A stretch of 64,000 nt of DNA from contig CAVSRY010000028.1 in NCBI GenBank assembly GCA_963730485.1, forward strand, positions 8,932 to 72,931, read 5' to 3'. The notes below the pieces were generated by a model. That model saw only the letters and a program-made list of their open reading frames with translations. It was not told the DNA's origin and made no database searches. The translations under genes were made by a program, and so were the position numbers. The DNA comes from an uncultured Acidobacteriota bacterium (GTDB lineage: Bacteria > Acidobacteriota > Vicinamibacteria > Vicinamibacterales > SCN-69-37). Shown piece after piece: positions 56,031-64,000 of the stretch (within the stretch, counting starts at the first letter, position 1; every line of letters starts with the position of its first letter).

Positions 56031-56705
56031 ATGCGTATCAGCCAGGGCACGCAGGCCATGCTGGAAGCGTCTCGTCGCGCGCTGTCTTCCGCGGAACTTC
56101 GCCTGCTCGAACAAAGGCCTCACGTCTTGAAGCGAGGCCCGACGGGCGTCTCGAGGTTCCCGTTGATCTCAGGCCGGCATGATTGGCGTGCTCTGGCTCG
56201 CGACGATGCTGGCGTCCGACGCGCCATGGCTGGTCATCACCGGATTCTGGGCCGTCGTCTGGATCGGTCTCACGCTGTGGGGCATGAAGGATCTCTTCAC
56301 GTGGGGTGGCCACATGACATCCATGGCCGCGGGGCTCGAGTCGGCGCTTGCGACGTAATGAAGCCGACGTGTTCGCAGATCCGATCCCGGTCGTACGTTC
56401 AGTTCGAGGAAATTGAAGACGAAGGCGCGTGCTACGCCTTCGAGCTCGAGGACGGCCGCCTCGTCTTCGTCAGCGGCCAGGAGTTCTACCCCGAGGCAAA
56501 GTTTCCGAGCCTGGATTTTTCCCTCGTGTATGTCCTGGATGAAAGAGGCCAGACCGTGGACATGCTCATCGAAAAACGAGGCCCCAGGGTCGCGCCGTCG
56601 AGGGTCATCTCTGCGGAAGCCAAGGGGCGTCTCGATGTTCCCGAACACCTTGCGACTCTGCCAGGTCCGACGACTGACCTCGAGAGTCGACTGGGTTCGC
56701 GTTGA
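56031..56705 (+). CDS. Hypothetical membrane-anchored protein (frameshifted)
   Basis: C-terminal FEEIEDEGACYAFELEDGRLVFVSGQEFY...FPS; TM segments in an alternative frame. Confidence 0.55.
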   Translation: MRISQGTQAMLEASRRALSSAELRLLEQRPHVLKRGPTGVSRFPLISGRHDWRALARDDAGVRRAMAGHHRILGRRLDRSHAVGHEGSLHVGWPHDIHGRGARVGACDVMKPTCSQIRSRSYVQFEEIEDEGACYAFELEDGRLVFVSGQEFYPEAKFPSLDFSLVYVLDERGQTVDMLIEKRGPRVAPSRVISAEAKGRLDVPEHLATLPGPTTDLESRLGSR

Positions 56706-56743
56706 TCGCTCGGCCTCGAGACGATGCTATCGTCATTGGTTCG

Positions 56744-57454
56744 ATGCGTATCGCGGCCCTCAGCGATCTCCACGGCTACCTTCCGTCCGTTCCCGAGTGT
56801 GACCTTCTGATCGTCGCCGGCGACTTGTGCGTGGACCAGATCGGCAAGTCGCACGCCGCCGTGGCGCACGACCAGCAGGAGCGGTGGTTTGACCGTTACG
56901 TACGTCCATGGTTTCTGCAGGCGCCGGCCTCGCACAAGGTCATGACCTGGGGCAATCACGATTGGTGCGGCGAAGATGGCGGACTTTGCCGACGACGTGC
57001 CTGGCCGCGCCAAGAACGGAGCGCTTCAGATCGTCGTCGATGGCGAGACGTCGGTGCCGCTCGTTGATTCGCAAGCGCGAGCCGGTTCGCTCCGGATCTG
57101 GGCGACGCCCTGGTCGAATGCGTTCATGGACTGGGCGTTCATGAAGAAGCCTGAAGAGCTCGCCGAGATTTACGCGCTGATTCCTGAAGGTATCGACATC
57201 CTCGTGTCGCATCAACCGCCGCTCGGTTACGGTGATTTGTCGGTGCTCAGAGGCGCCGGCCAGTCCGAACACCACGGCAGCCGCGAGCTCCTGGCGGCGA
57301 TCAAGCGCGTCCGGCCGAAGCTCGTTATTTGCGGTCACATCCACGAAGGACACGGGCGCTACGAATATGACGGGATCCCGATCTACAACGTCAGCGTCGT
57401 CGATGAGCAGTTTCGACTCGTGCACGAGCCGACGATGATCGAGATGCACGGTGA
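56744..57454 (+). CDS. Calcineurin-like metallophosphoesterase (frameshifted)
   Basis: SDLHG; AGD; GNHD; LVSHQPP; CGHIHE. Confidence 0.9.
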
Positions 57455-57583
57455 GACTCGGGCGTGTGCCTGCAGGAGCTCTGAGCGCTCTAGGCTCAGC
57501 CGCAGTCGCCAGGCCTGCGAAGCCGCTCGAAGCCCCAAGCCTCAAGTCCGACCATCAACCGCCTTCTCCGGCGTCAAAGCCAC

Positions 57584-58617
57584 ATGTCGCAGTCAGTCGA
57601 GCTGGGTATCGATACGTTCGGAGACGTCACGTTCGGGCCAGACGGCAAGCTCCTGCCGCAGGCGCGCGTGTTGCGCGAAGTCGTTGACGAGGCCGTACTT
57701 GCCGACCAGGTCGGCATCGATGCGTTTGGCGTTGGCGAGCACCATCGCGCCGACTTCGCCGTTTCTGCGCCCGAGGTCGTTCTGGCCGCCATCGCCGGCA
57801 AGACCCAGCGCATCGTCCTTGGATCGGCCGTGACCGTGCTGAGCACGGACGATCCCGTTCGGGTGTTCCAGCGTTTCTCGACGCTGAACGCGGTGTCGAA
57901 CGGGCGCGCGGAAGTCATCCTGGGCCGTGGCTCGTTCACCGAGTCGTATCCGCTCTTCGGCTACGACCTGTCGCGCTACGAAGAGTTGTTCGAGGAGAAG
58001 GTCGCGCTGTTCGCCGAGCTCGTGAAGAACCAGCCGGTGACGTGGAGCGGGAAGACGCGGTCGTCGCTGACGAATCAGACGGTGTATCCGCCGATCGAGA
58101 CGGGCGCGTTGCGCACGTGGATTGGCGTTGGCGGCAGCCCGGAGTCGGTCGTTCGCGCGGCTCGCTACGGGTTTCCGCTGACGATTGCCATCATCGGCGG
58201 CAACCCGACCCGGTTCCTGCCGTTTGCGACGCTGTTCCGTCAGGCGCTCGAGCAGTACGGCAAACGCCGCTGCCGGTCGCCGTCCACTCTCCTGGTCATG
58301 TCGCCGCGACGGACGCGCAGGCGAAGGAAGACGTCTGGCCGCACTACGAGAAGATGATCAACCGCATCGGCGCCGAGCGCGGCTGGTCGCCGACGAGCCG
58401 CGCGCACTTCGAGCGCGAGGCCGGGCCGGACGGCGCGCTCTGCGTCGGGTCGCCCGAGACGGTCGCCGCGAAGATCGCGAAGACCGTCAAGCAACTGAAG
58501 CTCTCGCGCTTCGACATGAAATACAGCGCCGGCACGCTGCCGCACGACAAGCTCATGACGAGCATCGAGCTTTTCGGCACGAAGGTCATGCCGAGAGTGA
58601 GGGAGCTGGTGAGTTAG
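57584..58617 (+). CDS. LLM-class flavin-dependent oxidoreductase (frameshift near 58265)
   Basis: GVGEHHR; SAVTVLSTDDPVRVFQ; GRGSF; WIGVGGSPES. Confidence 0.92.
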
Positions 58618-58733
58618 GGGACAGAGCCCTTTTCCACAGTTTCAGGCCTCAGGGGGACAGAGCAGAGCCAAGTTCTTGGATCTGCTCTGTCCCCGCTTGA
58701 GGCCGTTTCTGTGGAAAAGGGCTCTGTCCCCTA
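58615..58733. repeat. Nested inverted repeat (~119 bp) between convergent genes
   Basis: Outer arms taggggacagagcccttttccacag / ctgtggaaaagggctctgtccccta; inner arms ggggacagagcaga / tctgctctgtcccc. Confidence 0.85.
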
Positions 58734-59893
58734 CTAGATCGCCGCCGCCAGTAGTTCGGTCAGTTCCGCCGTCGTCAGTTCGAGCGGGTTGCCTTTCATG
58801 CTGCTGGCGCGCGCGGCTTTCTCGACCAGGCTCGCCACGTGCTCGGGGCCGACGCCGTAGTGCCGGAGGCGCGGAATCCTGAGTTCCTGGACGAGATCGG
58901 CGAGCCAGAGGACGCCGTCGGCCGCCGTCGCGGAGGCTGGCCGGTGACGAGACGCGCGACGCGCGTGAACCGATCACGGGCCGGGTGACCGGGCGCGCGC
59001 GTTTCGATCGCGCGAACGTTTGCCGCGACGACGTGCGGCAGGAGCGACGCGCAGATCGCGCCGTGCGGCGCGTCGAAGACGCCGCCAATCGGTCCGGCAA
59101 ACCCGTGGACCGCGCCCAGGCCGGCGTTCATGAGCGCCATGCCGCTCCAGAGACTGGCGAGCGACATGTCCGCGCGTGCCGCCGCTGTCCGTGCCGTCGC
59201 GGAACGCGCGGCGAAGCGGCCGGCGCGGCCAGGCCGATTCCTTCCTGACACAACGCATCGGTCATCGGATTGGCACGGCAGGACACGTACGCCTCGATGA
59301 GCTGCGTCAGCGCGTCCAGCCCCGTCGTTGCCGTCAGCGCCGGCGGCAAGTCCAGCGTCAGCGACGGGTCCACAATCGCCAGCCGCGGCAGGAGTGACGG
59401 ACCGCGCAGGCTGACCTTCACGCCATGCGCGCGTGACGCGAGTACCGAGTTTCGTGTCACCTCGCTGCCCGTGCCGGCCGTCGTCGGGATCGCCACGCAG
59501 GGAAGCGCCGGCTTCTCGAGCGGGCGGCCGCGGCCGATGACCTCGAGGTAGTCGATGACGTCGCCTTCGTTGGTCGCCATCGCGGCAATCGCCTTGGCCG
59601 CGTCGATGACGCTTCCTCCGCCAATGCCGACGACGCAATCCACGCCGGCCTGCCTCGCGTCGGCCGCGCCCTGCATGATCGTCGTCGTATCCGGTTCAGC
59701 GACGACGACCACGAGCGAGGTCGTGAGGCCGGCGGCTTCGAGCGAGGAGATCGCGCGCGCGGGCCGTTCGGGCGAACGGCCGGAGACGACGAGCGCGCGC
59801 TGACCGAAAGGGCGAACGAGCGACCCCGATGTCGTTCGCGGCGCCGGCGCCGAACACCACTCTCGTCGCGGTCGCAAACTCGAAGCGCGTCAC
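58734..59893 (-). CDS. Iron-containing alcohol dehydrogenase (frameshifted)
   Basis: [12 protein letters not shown]; [11 protein letters not shown]; [10 protein letters not shown]; LGAVHG...APHG. Confidence 0.92.
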
Positions 59894-60186
59894 GGTGCGG
59901 GAAAGACCGGCGAGAACGTCTGGCTCGTCCGCGGCACGGCCATCATGCCGGCGACGGTGTCGCGCCATTTCACATAGTGCGCCGTGGCCTTGTGCGCCGC
60001 TGGCGCCTCCGGCGTTCGATAGATCTCGACGAGCACGAAGCGCGTGGGATCGTCGGCGTCCTGGATCACGTCAAAGCGCGCCACGCCGGCTTCCTTGACG
60101 CTCTGGCTCGCGTTCTCAATCGTCGCCGCTTTGAACGCTTCGACGTCTCCGGGCTTCACCTGCACGTGAACATGAACGACACGCAT
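59890..60186 (-). CDS. ABM/LsrG-like putative quinol monooxygenase
   Basis: [25 protein letters not shown]...[11 protein letters not shown]. Confidence 0.88.
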   Translation of the reverse strand: MRVVHVHVQVKPGDVEAFKAATIENASQSVKEAGVARFDVIQDADDPTRFVLVEIYRTPEAPAAHKATAHYVKWRDTVAGMMAVPRTSQTFSPVFPAP

Positions 60187-60200
60187 GACGAGATAGTCTA

Positions 60201-62591
60201 ATGAGAACAGCCCGGCTTAAGGCTCGCGCCTGGGCTGGTCCAATGATGTCAACTTGTTCCGACGTCTTTTTTCTGGTCGCCGTCCTTTGCTCCCGCGGCG
60301 GCTCGGGCTCAAACCGACACCCCCAGGATCGCGTTCGGCTTGCGTCACGCGGTCGCGCTCCGAAACAACGGCGACGTCGTGACGTGGGGCGGGAACGTCG
60401 GGTGCCAGCTCGGCCGCAGGGCCGGGAACCGGGACGCGACACCTGGGCTCGTGCTGCGGAACGTCAAGGAGATTGCGGCGGCGTCGGATCACACGCTCGC
60501 GCTCGCCGCCGATGGCAAGGTCTACGGCTGGGGCACCGATGGCGCTGCGATTGGAACGGGCCAGTACGACCAGTGCGAAGGCCCGGCGCTCGTCGAGTCG
60601 CTCGCGGACAAGGTCATCGCGCACATTGCGACGGGCTACGACTTCAGTGTGGCCGTCACGGCCGATGGCAACCTGTATTGCACTGGCGACAACTCGATGG
60701 GGCAGTGCCCAGTCGGCCGGGGCGGCGTCATGGCCTTCGCGCCCGTTCCGATTCCCGAGCTATCCGGCAAGGTCGTGGCCGTTGCCGCGGGTTCATTTCA
60801 CACGCTCGCGCTCCTTCGTGACGGCACGGTCTACGCGTTCGGCCGCGGCCGCGACGGACAGCTCGGGAACGGCCGTGTGGTGAACGGACAGGCGGCCGTG
60901 TCCGACCTGACGAACGTAACCGCGATCTCGGCCGGCACGTGGCACAGTGCGGCCGTGCGCAACGACGGATCCGTGTGGGTGTGGGGTAACAACCAGCGGT
61001 CGCAGCTGTGCGACGGAACGACGGCGAACCGGGCGGTGCCGACGCGAGTCGAGGCGTTGCCGGCCGACGTGAAAGTGTCCGGCGTGGCGGCAGGTTCCCA
61101 CGCCACGCTCATTCGATCGGCAAACGGCGCGCTCTACGGATGCGGCGACAACCAGTTCGGCGCGTTGGGCGCCGACAAGCCGCCGGTCGTGCCGAAGCCG
61201 GTGCTCATTGCGTCAGGAACGAACGCCGCCGGACTCGCCGTCACCGGCTACAACGGCGCGTTCAGCGTGGATGGCTGCGCCGTGCGCGTCAGCGGCAACA
61301 ACGACGAGGGCGTCGTGGCCGCCGGCAATATCGCCTCGTCGCCGTTCGTCGCGCGCGCGAGTCTGACGTTGTGCGGCACCCGTCCGGCCACCGCGCTCGC
61401 GACTGTGGTGAACCCGGCACCGCGCGGCGGCAACTCAGGCTGTTGGGCGCCCAGGGTGGACGAAGACGCAGCCGCCAATCCTAAGTTCGCCGCGCTGCGG
61501 CAGGCGATGCTCGCCGCCGAAGAGCTGCTGAAGAAAAACACGACATTCATGGCCGCCCTCGTGCCCGTGCGCTACCGGTCGTCGCTTTCGGCCGGTCCCG
61601 CCGAGGATGGCGGCGCGCGCATTCACATCAAGGTCGTGCCGGAGCGAAAGATCGACGGTTCGCGGTTGTGGACCGGCGAGTGCGGCGTGATTCCGCAGCT
61701 GGACCGCATCGGCGGTGCGATCAGCCAGATTTCCGTGTTCTTCAACAGCGACGCGAGAGGGCCGATGATCAGCCCGACCGGCCTCGGGCCGAAGCAAACA
61801 GGCACCGTCGCCGGCTATCCGGAATACAACAACTGGGTCCTGATCACGAAGGACGGGCGGCTGCCGTGGATTCCCCAGACGCTTGCCGACAAGCTCGATG
61901 TCGAAGGCGGGCGGCGCAAGGAGAAGCTGGCCGAGTGGAACAAGACGCGCGCCGGGATGAAACCGATGGATCCGGCCGCGATGCAGAAGGCCTATGAATC
62001 CGTTAAGAAGACGGACCCGGCAGGCGCCGAGAAGATGCTCGCCGACTTCAAGTCGCAGAGCGAAGAGGTCGCACGCCTGCAGAAAGACGTGTATCCGCTG
62101 ACGACCGCGGCGCTCGAGAAGCAGGTGAAGGACTACGAGGCGTACCGCGCGTCGTTCACCGCGGCACAACTTGCCGAACCCGCCGTGTGGGGTGACACGT
62201 CAGGCGAGGGCAAGCGCAAACTCGATGCGGAGATTGCGGCCCTGCAGCGGCTCAGCCCGGAAGAACAGCGCGAGATGGACACGCTGAACCGCGAGAAGCG
62301 CGCGGTCGAGGCGCGCACGTTCGTCAGCGCCACATGGAGCGCGCGTCGCCCCTGATGAGTGACGCCACCGCTCAGTACGACCTGACGAACATCAGGCCCG
62401 GACCGGCGGATCGGGCGATGGGCGTCAAGCCGGATCCGTCGTTCCCGGATCCGAAACAGCCAAACCGCATCCAGGCGATCGCCATCATCTTTTCGCAGGA
62501 TCCGGATCCCAAGCAGGTCGAGCGCCGTGCGTGGCAACAGAAGGTGAAAGACACGTTCGACTTCGCGGCCCTCGCGGCACTTATTAAATAG
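60201..62591 (+). CDS. Secreted RCC1/BLIP-II repeat protein with large C-terminal domain (frameshifted at both ends)
   Basis: Repeats of [18 protein letters not shown]...GQLG, then a coiled-coil-rich C-terminal half; ORFs 60340..62355 and 62334..62591 join. Confidence 0.8.
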
Positions 62592-62624
62592 CCGTTCCCC
62601 CGTTCCAGGTTCCTTGGGCGCCGT

Positions 62625-64000
62625 TCAGGGCCTAGCGGCGTTGTCGGCGGCGCGCGCCGATGGTGGGTCGCCTGCTCGTAGCCGTACGCCAGCTTCAACA
62701 ACGTCGGCTCTGACCAGGCGCGGCCGAAGAACGTGATGCCGGCCGGCAGCGTGTTGCCTCGCGTGTAGCCCATCGGCACCTGCACCGCCGGCCAGCCTGT
62801 CGTCGGCGAGAAGAACTGGCTGTTGTCGCCGTGCGGTGTGTTCAGGTCCCCGATGAGCCGCGGGACGTTGCTCCACGTCGGGATACACGAACGCGTCCAG
62901 TTTCAGCGAATCCATCGTGGCCGTCACGGCGTCGCGAACTCGCTGGCGGAACTCCAACTCGGCCGCACACTCCTTCGAGTCCGGTCCATGTGCAGGTCCC
63001 TGCTCCGCCTGTTCGAGACGACGCTGCACGGAAGGATGGAAGCGGCCGGACTTGACGATCTCTGCGAGACTTTTCACCGGCACACGGTCGCCGTGGGATG
63101 CGAGATAGGCGTTGATGTCGTACTTGAAGCCCATGCACGGCGCCATGCCCTGGGGCCGTCGAATCGTGTCGAGGTCCTTCACGGTGGCGGGATCGACGAT
63201 GACGGCGCCCGCGCGTCGGAGATCTTCGACCGCGCGCATGAACACAGCGACGATCTCGGCGTCGGTCGTGTCGCGCTCGTAGGCGTGCCGCAGGACGCCA
63301 ATGCGTGCGCCGCGAAGCCCGTCGGGCACGAGCGCCGCGAGATAGTTCTGCGGCAGATGCTCGTCGGCGGCTGACGTGACGGGATCGGCCGGATCGCGGC
63401 CGACGATCACCTGGAACACCGTCGTTGCGTCCCTGAGCGTGCGCGCCATCGGTCCGGCGATGTCCGCCAGCATGTTCAACGGCATCACGCCGGCCCGGCT
63501 CGTCAGGCCCATCGTCGATCGGATGCCGGCAAGAGCCTGATGTGACGAGGGACCCCGGATGGAATTGCCCGTGTCACTCCCGAGCCCGACAAGGCCGAAG
63601 CTCGCGGCGACACCCGCCGCCGTACCGCCGCTCGATCCGGCGGTTGATCGGTCAAGGGCGTACGGATTCTTCGTATAGCCGGGCAGGATCGAACCGACCG
63701 TCTCGTACGGCGTGAACGCCCACTCGGCCATGTTGGTCTTGGCAAGGACGATCGCGCCCGCGTCCTTCACGCGCTTGACTTGAAACGCGTCTTTGTTGGA
63801 CACGAACCCCTCGAGCGCAAGCGAGCCGTTCGCGCTCTGCAGTCCGATGGTCTCGAAGTTGTCTTTCACGAGCATTGGCACGCAGTGGAGCGGACCGACT
63901 GGTCCGGAGGCCGCAAAGCGCGCGTCCAGCGCGGTCGCTTCCTCTCTCGCGCGCGCGTTGACCATGACCACCGCGTTCAGCGCCGGACCCTCCTTGTCGT
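62625..64000 (-). CDS. Amidase signature family protein, 5' partial (frameshifted)
   Basis: VKDN; GSSGG; [12 protein letters not shown]; [20 protein letters not shown]. Confidence 0.93.
   Translation of the reverse strand, partial: DKEGPALNAVVMVNARAREEATALDARFAASGPVGPLHCVPMLVKDNFETIGLQSANGSLALEGFVSNKDAFQVKRVKDAGAIVLAKTNMAEWAFTPYETVGSILPGYTKNPYALDRSTAGSSGGTAAGVAASFGLVGLGSDTGNSIRGPSSHQALAGIRSTMGLTSRAGVMPLNMLADIAGPMARTLRDATTVFQVIVGRDPADPVTSAADEHLPQNYLAALVPDGLRGARIGVLRHAYERDTTDAEIVAVFMRAVEDLRRAGAVIVDPATVKDLDTIRRPQGMAPCMGFKYDINAYLASHGDRVPVKSLAEIVKSGRFHPSVQRRLEQAEQGPAHGPDSKECAAELEFRQRVRDAVTATMDSLKLDAFVYPDVEQRPAAHRGPEHTARRQQPVLLADDRLAGGAGADGLHARQHAAGRHHVLRPRLVRADVVEAGVRLRAGDPPSARAADNAARP

Overview
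This is a high-GC bacterial chromosomal segment. Its gene content (eukaryotic-like Ser/Thr kinases, DUF1080/FG-GAP, Tat-exported enzymes, ECF sigma factors) and its intergenic heptamer/octamer and REP-like repeats suggest Acidobacteriota, probably Vicinamibacterales; this is inference. Most long genes are broken by single-base indels, which looks like long-read assembly error rather than real pseudogenisation, so gene limits were stitched across frames and some ends are approximate. I found no rRNA, tRNA, CRISPR array or transposase. Main points: (1) an unannotated ~100-nt structured RNA at 39474-39574 (-), bracketed by a sigma54 -24/-12 promoter and an intrinsic terminator, and divergent from a duplicated sigma54-driven PilZ gene pair; (2) a set of sigma54-type promoters, several apparently giving near-leaderless mRNAs, one of which drives an Omp85-like/DUF4390-like/NtrY-NtrX-like operon; (3) a kaiC-kaiB-kaiB-hybrid kinase operon with no kaiA and a KaiC lacking its C-terminal tail; (4) a mirror-image pair of ECF promoters between an ECF sigma gene and a small membrane protein gene; (5) a TM0106-type nuclease-helicase.
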